Notes: generated by a model not told the origin, from the letters alone. DNA of 35,669 nucleotides from Promethearchaeota archaeon Loki_b32 (GCA_005223125.1 NJBH01000037.1:1-35669), one strand, 5' to 3'; counted from the stretch's first letter, positions 9,541-18,937 are shown. Program-made: numbers and translations.

Positions 9541-11154
9541 TTGAAATCACAAAATGAATTAGGAGTTCCAGTTCCGGCAAATAAACCTCTAGTAGTTCGG
9601 ACTATTAAACAAGTTACCAGGGAACAACGTGAATATGTACTTAAAAAAACAGAATACAGTATGTTTTCTTTTCCCGCAGATTTAATCTTTGTAGATTTTT
9701 TATCTGATTCTGGCTCTGGAACAATGACGGATTTTCAATGGGCTGCTTTATTCCATGGAGATGAATCTTATGGGCGCAATAAAGGATATTATGTTCTTTT
9801 GGATGCGATTAGAGATACCTTCGAAAGAGGCGATACTCCAAATAGATCTATTAATTTAATTCTTTCTGGTGAAACAGATGTAAATAAATTAATGGATGAA
9901 CTTTACGTAACTTCATTTGAGGGTGGTTTTGTAAATGGAGGAACTCATCAGTTAACCCGTCCTAATGCTTTCATTGTTCCACAAGGACGATGTGCTGAAC
10001 ATTTACTCTTCTCAACTATTGCTCCTATCTTAAAACAGAAAAATAAAGATATTATTAATTATATTCCAAATAACGGACACTTTGATACGACTGAAGCTAA
10101 TATCGTTGCTAATGGTATTCAAGCAGTAAACTTATTCTCAACAAATTTAATGGATGACTTTCCTTATGATGAAATGGATAAGAGAAATCCATTTAAAGGT
10201 AATATGGATCTTAAAGGACTTGAAGATCTGATTAAAGAAAAGGGTGTAGATTCTATTCCATTAATTTATGTTACAATTACAAATAATACGGCAGCAGGTC
10301 AACCGGTTTCAATGAAAAATATAAAAGAAGTTCATAAAATTGCAAAGAAATATGATATTCCTTTTTTCTTCGACGCTTGTCGCTTCAGTGAGAATGCAAA
10401 CTTTATAAAAGAATTCGAAGAAGGGTATAGAAATCGATCTATCCTAAGTATTGTGCAAGAAATGTTCTCATATGTTGATGGTTTTACAATTAGTTTCAAA
10501 AAAGATGGATTAGCTAATATAGGAGGGGGATTTTTCTTTCGAGATAAAGGTGTTTTTCATAAAAAATTTTCCATTGATGAGGATATTGGGATTAAATTGA
10601 AAGAAAAACAGATTTTAACTTTTGGAAATGATTCATACGGCGGAATGAGTGGCAGAGACATAATGGCTTTGGCTGCAGGGCTTTATGAAGTTGTAAAAGA
10701 ACCCTATCTCTATGAAAGAAAAATTCAAGTTAGGGAATTCGCTAGAAAGCTTGCTCAAAATGGTATTCCCATTCTGCTTCCCGCAGGGGGTCATGCGGTG
10801 TATATTGATATGGATAAATTTTTTGAGGGAACAGATATGAAGATCGATGATTTTGGAGGTGTTGGTTTTACTATTGAACTTCTGAAGCATTATGGTATTA
10901 GATCTGTTGAATTAGGACCCTTTTGTTTTGAATGGGATAAGAAAACACCTGAACAACAGAAGGGGATCCTGAATTTAGTCCGCCTTGCAATGCCTCGAAA
11001 TGTCTATAGCGCTTCACATATCGATTATGCTGTAGCCGCTATTACAGAACTTTATCACAATAAAGAAAAAATTCCAAAAGTGAAAATCTCGCGAGGAGCA
11101 GAATTACGATTGAGACATTTTCAAACAGGACTTCAACCAATCTATAAAAATTAG
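9541..11154 (+). CDS. tnaA: Tryptophanase (PLP beta-eliminating lyase)
   Basis: DFLSDSG, GDESYG, QGRCAE, HFDTT, FKGNMD, TNNTAAGQPVS, DACRF, SFKKD (PLP Lys), GGHAVY. C-terminal LRHF matches tryptophanase rather than tyrosine phenol-lyase (LRFF). TTG start. Confidence 0.85.
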   Translation: MKSQNELGVPVPANKPLVVRTIKQVTREQREYVLKKTEYSMFSFPADLIFVDFLSDSGSGTMTDFQWAALFHGDESYGRNKGYYVLLDAIRDTFERGDTPNRSINLILSGETDVNKLMDELYVTSFEGGFVNGGTHQLTRPNAFIVPQGRCAEHLLFSTIAPILKQKNKDIINYIPNNGHFDTTEANIVANGIQAVNLFSTNLMDDFPYDEMDKRNPFKGNMDLKGLEDLIKEKGVDSIPLIYVTITNNTAAGQPVSMKNIKEVHKIAKKYDIPFFFDACRFSENANFIKEFEEGYRNRSILSIVQEMFSYVDGFTISFKKDGLANIGGGFFFRDKGVFHKKFSIDEDIGIKLKEKQILTFGNDSYGGMSGRDIMALAAGLYEVVKEPYLYERKIQVREFARKLAQNGIPILLPAGGHAVYIDMDKFFEGTDMKIDDFGGVGFTIELLKHYGIRSVELGPFCFEWDKKTPEQQKGILNLVRLAMPRNVYSASHIDYAVAAITELYHNKEKIPKVKISRGAELRLRHFQTGLQPIYKN

Positions 11155-11305
11155 TAGAAAAACAAGTGTAATTGTTGAATTATATTTAAGTTTTTAACAA
11201 AATTGTAGAATCTGATTTCTTTTTTAGAATTAATTAAGTATAAGACGAAATTCAGACTGATTAAGTACTTCCTATTTAAAAAATTTAAGAAATCTGTTAG
11301 AAAAT

Positions 11306-11617
11306 TTAGATATCTAACATTCTTAATCTCTGGGAAATATTCTTTCTTCTGAGAATCTTCATGAAATCGTCTTTCCTTTGCTGAAGTCGAGTCAGAAATG
11401 AATCAAGCTTATCAAAATTATTAAAAAAATACTCTCTACCGTCAGCCATAATCTTCACGCCTTTTTTATCGTTTTCAATAACCGCGTAAATTCCTCCTAC
11501 TTCAGAATCGTGTTTAATAAAGACTTTTTCTGTTCCAGGTAGTTTTTCATTTCCTTTTTTGGCCCAGAAATTATTTTTCAATAAATATGATCGATACATA
11601 CTCATTTTTCCACACAC
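11306..11617 (-). CDS. Hypothetical protein
   Basis: 103-aa ORF with a GAGGT SD-like sequence upstream; no recognised motif. Confidence 0.55.
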   Translation of the reverse strand: MCGKMSMYRSYLLKNNFWAKKGNEKLPGTEKVFIKHDSEVGGIYAVIENDKKGVKIMADGREYFFNNFDKLDSFLTRLQQRKDDFMKILRRKNISQRLRMLDI

Positions 11618-11920
11618 TACCTCTTTTATTTAATTATGATGAGTCATCGAGATATGCTTATTAGACATATATTTATGACCATCGGCATATAGTTCCTAGT
11701 AATATAAAATAAATAAATCGATTATAACATCATATAATATGTAAGGAACATATCACGCAGATATTATACGATTTTTACTTTATACTCCACAAGAAACATA
11801 GTTTCCAAAAACACTTATAAATCATTAAGTAAAAAGTTCAGTACTATTTCCTATATAAAATTTACTTGGGGTTGATGTGAAAAAATTTCAATTGGACAAC
11901 TTATTTTTTAAAAATAAAAA

Positions 11921-12712
11921 TTAGGGGTATTTAGAATATAATTCCTGGATAAAATCATCAAGTTCCTTCATTGTCTTTTTCTTTGTAGAATAAGCAACCA
12001 TTGCACATTCGTCTTCTAAATCAAAACATGCTTTAATATAGGCTTTATTCATGATTGTTAGCATTGATTTCATAAGAAATAAGAACTCTGTTTGATATTT
12101 AGTTAATTGTTTTGCAAATGAAAGTGTTTCAGCCTCTAATTGATCAAGTGGAAAAATTCTTACAGGAAAATTAATGTTTTTCAGTTCTTCTACTCCAATT
12201 TTATCTGTTGTAAAAAGAAGATTTTTGGCATAACTTAACCCAAATGCCATTAACGGTAAGAATGTGGCTCCTGTCTGTGGAAATATTGAAATAGCTATTT
12301 CTGGTAATTTTAGATACAGTTCTTCTTTAGGTCTATCAGCAAAAACCCTAAAATCAGAAGCAAGTATCATTAAAGCTCCAAAACCAATGGCAATACCTTG
12401 AATTTGAGTAATTATTGGTTTTTTCATTAAAACTATAGTTTCATTTACTTTTCGACCCCATTCTATTATTTTAGCAGCATTTTCATGAGAACTTTGTACC
12501 TCTTTTAGGTCATATCCACCAGAAAAGAATTTGTCCCCTATACTTTTTACAATAATACATTTCACTTTCTCATCTCTGTCAGCATTAATTAAACTTTCAT
12601 GCATTGATCTTAGCATTGAAAAATTACACGCATTTGCCTTATCTGGTCTATTTATTGTAATTGTAGCGATTCGCCCTTTTGTATTATATAGAATTAAATC
12701 TTGGATACTCAT
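11921..12712 (-). CDS. Enoyl-CoA hydratase/isomerase (crotonase family)
   Basis: TITINRPDKANA, FSGGYDL, KPIITQIQGIAIGFG, LPEIAISIFP. Confidence 0.88.
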   Translation of the reverse strand: MSIQDLILYNTKGRIATITINRPDKANACNFSMLRSMHESLINADRDEKVKCIIVKSIGDKFFSGGYDLKEVQSSHENAAKIIEWGRKVNETIVLMKKPIITQIQGIAIGFGALMILASDFRVFADRPKEELYLKLPEIAISIFPQTGATFLPLMAFGLSYAKNLLFTTDKIGVEELKNINFPVRIFPLDQLEAETLSFAKQLTKYQTEFLFLMKSMLTIMNKAYIKACFDLEDECAMVAYSTKKKTMKELDDFIQELYSKYP

Positions 12713-12893
12713 AAGATCTTTAACATTAACTATAATTTAAAATATATTGAATTTTCAGATATTAAAGAAGATAAGATTGTCTTACTAAATTGTTAATCTA
12801 GATATTTTGATAATTTTATTAAATCGGATAACTTATTACATAAATATCACGATATTTTAATAAAAATACCTAAAAAACCAATTAAAAAAAATC

Positions 12894-13826
12894 ATGAGAA
12901 TCAGACTATTTGATGAAGTTCTTGATAAAAATAGAGTTATAGATGTTTTGGATAAATTCCTTAAGGACATAAATCCAGCATTTAAGATTAATGGAGAACA
13001 GTTTTATTCTTCAATCGCAGTGTTGGGAGATCAAACTGATCTTTCACGAGATAGCTTAGTTGTGGAAGATAACAATGGTAAACTAATAGGTTTTACTGGA
13101 TTACTAAAATCTTCTAAGCAGGATTTCTGGCAGTTACAAATTGGAATACTACCAGAATATTTCAAGTCAAATTTTACTTTGAATTTGTTTGAATCTATTC
13201 TACAATTGGCAAAAGAACAAAATGCTCCAGATATCCGCTTTACAATAAGTAAGTATTTATTCACAGATTCTCTTCTTAAAGAAAAGTTCAAGGAAATGGG
13301 ATTAAAACCAGTTCACTATGATTTTTGGATGAGTTTGAATAAGATCGACTCAATTCCAACATTCAAAGATCCATCAGGCATCACTTTTCAGAATCAAAAG
13401 GAAATAAGCGATGTAAACGGTTATCTTACAGTATTAAATGATGCTTTTAACAAACATTTTGATTTTAGACCTTTAACAGAAGAAGAATTCAGATTAGTTT
13501 TCGAGAAAAAGTGGAAAGAAGATGATACTGCAAATTGGTTTGCTTTCGAAGGAAATAAACTTATTGGGATTTGCACTTTAACAATCAATCCAGAGCTAAG
13601 CCATATTGGAATAATAGATGTATTAGGAGTTCTTCATGAAAATCATCACCGTGGAATTGGTAGTTCTTTATTAGGACATGGGATTCAATCACTTATTGAG
13701 AAGGGTTGTACAACCATTGAATTAGGTGTTGAGGCTACTAATGAAAAAGCACTAACACTCTACAAAAAGTTTGGATTTAATGAAGTCGAATCGCGAACAC
13801 TGATTTTTTATACAATTAAGGTATAA
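12894..13826 (+). CDS. Tandem GNAT acetyltransferase (MshD-like architecture)
   Basis: C-terminal LGVLHENHHRGIGSSLL and N-x-x-A-x-x-LYKKFGF; degenerate N-terminal GNAT domain. Confidence 0.85.
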   Translation: MRIRLFDEVLDKNRVIDVLDKFLKDINPAFKINGEQFYSSIAVLGDQTDLSRDSLVVEDNNGKLIGFTGLLKSSKQDFWQLQIGILPEYFKSNFTLNLFESILQLAKEQNAPDIRFTISKYLFTDSLLKEKFKEMGLKPVHYDFWMSLNKIDSIPTFKDPSGITFQNQKEISDVNGYLTVLNDAFNKHFDFRPLTEEEFRLVFEKKWKEDDTANWFAFEGNKLIGICTLTINPELSHIGIIDVLGVLHENHHRGIGSSLLGHGIQSLIEKGCTTIELGVEATNEKALTLYKKFGFNEVESRTLIFYTIKV

Positions 13827-14155
13827 TTTTTCATATCAAATATTCTTTTTTATAATTTATTTTGTTTTTAATCCCTCTGGAATATTGATTGGATAATTGC
13901 TCAATCATCTTATTAATATAGATATGTAGATATTATGAGAGTTTTAATTATATGATCATTAAATAAATCTTATCATTACATAGAAACAAGTGAATACTAA
14001 AGTACAAAAAAGTTAAAAGAATTTCAGAACCTGATCAAAGATGTTTGTATTAGTATAACGGAAAAGTTCTGAAATGAATGGTTTAAAATATATTAATGGA
14101 TAAATATATAATTGCAAGTGCAAGGGAGAAATATTAAATTTTCAGCACGTAAGGG

Positions 14156-14476
14156 TTGAGGTGGTATAGGCTAAGAATGATCTCCGAAGTAGAGTTTTTT
14201 AATGAAATTTTTGAGGATTTTCTCTGTAGAGACAATCAGGTACATGAAAACGAATTATGGAAGTCTCATTCAATAATAAAACTAATGCATAATTCAGATG
14301 AATTCGAAGATAAAAAACTTGTAGAAGAAGGCCTGAAAATAATCATCAATTTGTACAGGTTTAAAGAGTGTGGAGATCTATTAGATTCTTATGAAATAGA
14401 AAGTCAATTTGTTAACGAATTACCAGAATCAGAAAAAACTCTACTTAACTCAATTTTACAGGCAGAATTTATTTAA
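14156..14476 (+). CDS. Hypothetical acidic protein (start may be ATG 14178)
   Basis: Non-shadow ORF, convergent with the PUA gene and overlapping it by 8 bp. Confidence 0.55.
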   Translation: MRWYRLRMISEVEFFNEIFEDFLCRDNQVHENELWKSHSIIKLMHNSDEFEDKKLVEEGLKIIINLYRFKECGDLLDSYEIESQFVNELPESEKTLLNSILQAEFI

Positions 14477-14975
14477 ACTGCTTTTCAAATTCCCAGACAG
14501 AATCTTGGATTGTGTGAAGATTCTTTATTACTTTTCCAGAGCTTTTTGCTTCCATCTCAGGAGCATCAAACATTGCTTTTCCGATAGCTAAAGCTCTATT
14601 TTTTGTCTCTTCTATGATACTCACGATATCTCCCTTCTTAATAGAAGGATCTATTTTAGTTATACCTGGTCGCATTACATCTGCACCATTTGTAACACAA
14701 CGAATAGCTCCAAAATCAACAACAATAGTTTTCATTTCTACTTGATTTTTTAATAGTAAGGTTAAAACTGGAATATACCCCTCTTTAGACTTCCATAGTT
14801 TCAACACATTATTAATTGCATATAAAGTATCTCCTGCTTCTGTTTCTATAACTTCAACATTACTCTTTGTTGGAAATATCTGATCAACAAATTTCTGATC
14901 ATAATGTTTTAAGATTTCGGCTTTCAAGGGTCTTAACTCTGTCTTCTTTATAAAATGTCTATGTTTGATTTTCAT
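14469..14975 (-). CDS. PUA-domain RNA-binding protein (DUF1947+PUA, MCT-1/Tma20-like)
   Basis: VVDFGAIRCVTNGADVMRPGI, ALAIG, GKVIKNLHTIQD. Confidence 0.9.
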   Translation of the reverse strand: MKIKHRHFIKKTELRPLKAEILKHYDQKFVDQIFPTKSNVEVIETEAGDTLYAINNVLKLWKSKEGYIPVLTLLLKNQVEMKTIVVDFGAIRCVTNGADVMRPGITKIDPSIKKGDIVSIIEETKNRALAIGKAMFDAPEMEAKSSGKVIKNLHTIQDSVWEFEKQFK

Positions 14976-15129
14976 AAGTTAAAATAAAAATAAAATTTAA
15001 GAATATTAAAATTTGGCATTTTAAGAAATAACTTCATTTCTGATTTACTGAGGTAAATGTATTACTAAATTTCACATAATATATCAAAATGAAAAGAAAA
15101 ATTATGAAAAAGATTAGTGAAATTATCTC

Positions 15130-15460
15130 TCAATAATAACCTATATTTGGTGAAATGTAATCGAAAGATAATATAAAATTCGTGTCAAGATAAAAACTAA
15201 GAGCTCCTAATAATGTTATAATAATTCCACATTTTAACGCATTGGAAAAATCTAAATGGAGAATTTTTATAGTTGAATATACAGTTAATCCAAAGAGAAA
15301 AATATTGACGGGAACGAACCTAATTGGATTCCATAAAAGCAGGGGGGTACATTCCACCTTCAGCTCGAAAACAGAATTTCATCAAAAATCTTGTTATCAT
15401 ATCTATAATACCAAAACCAACGTAGAGTATAGCAATTATTTTTATTTTAATTCGATTCAA
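15130..15460 (-). pseudogene. Small membrane protein with a +1 frameshift in a homopolymer
   Basis: TTG at 15460 opens MNRIKIKIIAILYVGFGIIDMITRF...GGMYP; removing one base from G6 (15342-15347) joins it to the 15130-15357 ORF frame, giving 109 aa. Confidence 0.55.
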
Positions 15461-15600
15461 ATTATGATTTCTCTCTCTTAATATTCTTAATCTTTAGTAT
15501 AGATACTCTTGAATTTAAAATTTTTACATTTTTGAAAATTTTATAAAGACTATGAACATATCTTATATGTATGTTCTAATTCTTACATAAATATCATTAA

Positions 15601-16170
15601 TTGAATTCCCAAAAAATCTTGATGAGTAAAGTCTTTACGTCAGCTGTGGTGATTATCCCTCCTGAAGAAAAATGGGCGCTCATCCAAGAAATTCGTGAAA
15701 AATATGACCGCCAAATCAACAGATGGATGCCTCACATAACTTTATTATATCCTTTTAGACCTGAAACTGAATATTTAACACTTGAGAAAGAATTTTTAGA
15801 GATATGTAAAAATATTAATCCTTTTGAAATTAATCTAAAAGAATTTAAATATTTTAACCACGGAAAACAACAATACACATTATGGTTCAATCCAGAACCA
15901 GTTGTATTGATTAAAAATTTACAAACAACCATTCTTGAAATAGTACCAGATTGTAATGATGTAAATAAATACAAACATGGGTTTAGACCACATTTAAGTG
16001 TAGGTCAAATTCAAGGTAAAAACAAGCTTTTAGAAATCATAAAGAATTTACAAGATAATCTACATGAAATTCATTTTCTCTTAAATGATATATTCTTTAT
16101 TGCTCGTGAAAAAAGTAAAACTTCACAATTTGAAATAAAAAAACGAATTCAACTAAAAACAAATGAATAG
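15601..16170 (+). CDS. 2H phosphoesterase (2'-5' RNA ligase family)
   Basis: Two HxT/S motifs: PHITLLYPF and PHLSVGQ. Confidence 0.85.
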   Translation: MNSQKILMSKVFTSAVVIIPPEEKWALIQEIREKYDRQINRWMPHITLLYPFRPETEYLTLEKEFLEICKNINPFEINLKEFKYFNHGKQQYTLWFNPEPVVLIKNLQTTILEIVPDCNDVNKYKHGFRPHLSVGQIQGKNKLLEIIKNLQDNLHEIHFLLNDIFFIAREKSKTSQFEIKKRIQLKTNE

Positions 16171-16323
16171 ATTCAAAAGAAAGGGAATTTAATCAAATAA
16201 AATGCTAAAAAACTCTAGCAATAATTTATAACTATAAATTTTCTTTAGAATTATTAGACAAAAATTAAATTTCTATTGTATAAATTTTAAGTATTTTAAT
16301 ATATTGAAACAATAGTGGATTAA

Positions 16324-17259
16324 ATGGTAAAAGAAAATAATAAAACAATGTATTTTAAAGATATTAGTTTTTCTGAATCATTTGAAATCTATGAAATAAA
16401 AGCATTAGTTGATGAATTATTTTCTTTAGATTCTTTACCCGACGATTCTTGGTCTTGTACTTGCCCTCAATGGGCATCTGGACAACAAGAATGTATCCAT
16501 ATAAAGCAATATAAGCAACATAACTTCGATCCTACTTGGCTTCCAGATTTTCCAGATTATAACGATCCTTATATAGATGTTGACTTAGTAAAATTGGGAA
16601 AGAAAGGGGGAACATTTAAAAATTTTGTGGAAGAATATCCAAGATGGGTAATAGAATTTATTCTTAAAAATAATTTAGAAATGGGTTATACAAAAATGGA
16701 GTTAGCTAAAAGTTTAAGAACCACCGATTTCAAGATTGGAAAACTACTTTGGTTGTTAGGAGATTATCACCAACAAGTAAATCAGATGATGAATAAAAGG
16801 ATTTTATCAATCATAGATGAGAATAAAGCTGAAGAATTAATATTCTGGGATAGTCAGATTCTTTCACTTCCCGAATCCATTGGAAATTTTACTAGTGTAA
16901 GGAAGATAGATTTGAGTGGGAATAAATTAACAGGACTTCCCGATTCTATAGGAGATCTTCCTTTACTTGAAATATTGAATTTAAATAATAATTCAATAGA
17001 AAAAATTCCTAAATCTTTGGGAAATTTAAAGAATTTAAAGGAACTACACTTAGTAAATAATAGATTAACCACTCTTCCCAACTCGGTTGGTAATTTGGCT
17101 TCTCTTGAAATTTTAGATTTAAGTTGGAATTATATGTTAGGGTACTTAGGGGAATCAATTTTTAAACTCCCTAGATTAAAAAAATTAATTTTAGAAAATA
17201 CTCCTTTAGAGAAATCAAAATATAAATCCATAGAGGAATTGATTGATTCTCATAAATAA
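16324..17259 (+). CDS. SWIM zinc-finger + leucine-rich repeat protein
   Basis: WSCTCPQW-x-ECIHI (CxC...CxH); about 5 LRRs of the form LxxLPxSIGxLxxLxxLxLxxN. Confidence 0.8.
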   Translation: MVKENNKTMYFKDISFSESFEIYEIKALVDELFSLDSLPDDSWSCTCPQWASGQQECIHIKQYKQHNFDPTWLPDFPDYNDPYIDVDLVKLGKKGGTFKNFVEEYPRWVIEFILKNNLEMGYTKMELAKSLRTTDFKIGKLLWLLGDYHQQVNQMMNKRILSIIDENKAEELIFWDSQILSLPESIGNFTSVRKIDLSGNKLTGLPDSIGDLPLLEILNLNNNSIEKIPKSLGNLKNLKELHLVNNRLTTLPNSVGNLASLEILDLSWNYMLGYLGESIFKLPRLKKLILENTPLEKSKYKSIEELIDSHK

Positions 17260-17340
17260 TAATTAAAATTTTTATATCCGAATTTCATTTATATATTAAT
17301 TAAAAACTGAAAAACTGTAAAAAGAATTTCTATAAGAATC

Positions 17341-17949
17341 ATGTCAAATGATAAAAAAGAAGGAAAATTAGTGTTCCACCAACGGACTGAGATGATCTTC
17401 AAAATCATTGTTATTGGAGACCCTGCTGTCGGTAAAACAAGCCTTTTGACAAATTTCTGTGGTGATAAGTTTAATTACGAATACATACCGACGGTTGGTG
17501 TAAATATAACAAAGGAGCCCGTCACTATAAAGGATGATATGGGTAAAGATTCTACAGTGAATCTTATGATTTGGGATATAGCGGGACAATGCAATTGAGG
17601 CTTCCTCCTTAGCGTCAACCCACAGTTCTATATGCTACATCGCCCTTACTTTAACGGTGCTGATGGAATGATATTAGTTTATGATATTACACGTTCGAGT
17701 TCATTCTCAAACATAAACAATTGGTGGAGTACTTCAATAAAATATGGGCTTAGCGCTATCCCTCGCATCCTAATCGGCAACAAAATAGATTTAAAAGATG
17801 ATCGGAAGATAATCCTTCCAATGGCGGAACATTTAAGTGAAAAAATTAGCGCACCTTTTTTTGAAACATCCGCAGTAACGGGAGAAAATGTGAAATCAAT
17901 CTTTCAAAAAATAGCAGAATTAGCTTTACGTTCAAAATTAGAGGAATAA
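17341..17949 (+). CDS. Rab-like small GTPase interrupted by a 30-nt in-frame insert containing TGA (192 aa if removed)
   Basis: ORFs 17341-17598 and 17632-17949 are in the same frame. G1 GDPAVGKTS, G2 YIPTVG, G3 WDIAGQ | PQFYMLHRPYFNGADG, G4 GNKID, G5 ETSAV. Confidence 0.88.
17590..17619 (+). other. Putative bulge-helix-bulge-type mRNA intron (30 nt)
   Basis: TGCAATTGAGGCTTCCTCCTTAGCGTCAAC; both junctions fall after the second nucleotide of 3-nt bulges flanking a GGAC/GTCA central helix; the insert itself folds as a hairpin. Confidence 0.6.
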
Positions 17950-18058
17950 CTTATTCTTTTTCATTATCTATTTATAACTCATTATTTACTTATTAGTTAT
18001 TTAAAAAATCTTGGGATTTAAATAGAAAATATTATACATTTCATTGATCACTATTTAC

Positions 18059-18120
18059 CTCTTTTCAAAAGAGAGAATAATGAGGAGATAATATTCCATT
18101 GATTTCATCTACCTTCTCTC
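18059..18120. terminator. Hairpins between convergent genes
   Basis: CTCTTTT-C-AAAAGAG (18059-18073) and GAGAGAA...TTCTCTC (18071-18120). Confidence 0.3.
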
Positions 18121-18123
18121 TAA

Positions 18124-18735
18124 TTATCCTTTTACAGATAACTTATTAATCCAAAATGTAATTTTTTCTTTAAGCTCGTTTTTTACGTCATCAGCAAGGG
18201 TTTCGAAACTATTTAATTTACTTGCAAAATGACCGATTTCATAGAGGATCCTATGACCTCCGGTGAAAACGAATATATCTTCTTTAATATTTCTTAAACT
18301 TTCAACAACTGGTTGAGGATCGTCATTTTCTGCGATATAGCTTACCAAAGTGTTAAATTGTTCAATTATCGCCTCTTTTTTATCAGTGGCAGATGTATCT
18401 CGTTCAACTGTTTCTCTATTAGCTTCTTTAGAGTGAAATGAAATATCTGATCTTTGAATTAAAGATCTAATTAATTCAAGTTCTTCTTCAAGAATTTTTT
18501 GATTTTCAATAACATTCGTCAATTGAGGTGTTAATGATTTAATATCGAGTGTTGCTTTACTTAACTCATCGATTTTATCAGTAAGTACATTTATTTTCAA
18601 GTTAGTTTGACCCATTTTCGTAATAATATCGAGCCCAAATTTTTCGAGGATCGAGGCAAATTTATCTATTTTTTCATCAGCTTCTTTGATAAATTTAATG
18701 GTATCCTCTTTATCTAAATCATCAGTGTCTCCCAT
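18124..18735 (-). CDS. Hypothetical coiled-coil protein
   Basis: 203-aa helical, charged ORF with an AGGGGA SD-like sequence upstream. Confidence 0.7.
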   Translation of the reverse strand: MGDTDDLDKEDTIKFIKEADEKIDKFASILEKFGLDIITKMGQTNLKINVLTDKIDELSKATLDIKSLTPQLTNVIENQKILEEELELIRSLIQRSDISFHSKEANRETVERDTSATDKKEAIIEQFNTLVSYIAENDDPQPVVESLRNIKEDIFVFTGGHRILYEIGHFASKLNSFETLADDVKNELKEKITFWINKLSVKG

Positions 18736-18937
18736 TGATTTTCCCCTTTAAAGTATTTATTTAATGAGATAATATGATATAAATCAAATAATCTTTACAA
18801 AAATTATTTTGCATTAAAAATTATTATTTAATTAATAATACTATACAGTTCTTATAATATTAGGTTCTTACAAAAAACTTCTTAAGTAAAAAAAATAACT
18901 TGAATTCATTAGTAATGAATAAAAAGTCATCCTCGAA

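Noticed and set aside
11630-11770. ATGATGA box-C-like motif and short palindrome GATGAGTCATC
   Set aside because: No matching CTGA D box at a suitable distance; compatible with chance.
16850-17200. Periodic nucleotide similarity as a DNA repeat or CRISPR array
   Set aside because: Explained by LRR coding repeats; no repeat-spacer array was seen anywhere in the window.
17590-17619. Spliceosomal intron or transposon footprint
   Set aside because: No GT...AG ends in a frame-restoring register and no exact target-site duplication; the CAA repeat is offset by 29 nt, not 30.
17341-17949. Treating the two Rab ORFs as separate genes or as a plain nonsense pseudogene
   Set aside because: Each ORF is half of one G domain, the lesion is a discrete structured 30-nt insert, and the rest shows no decay. 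A pseudogene is not excluded but explains the junction geometry poorly.
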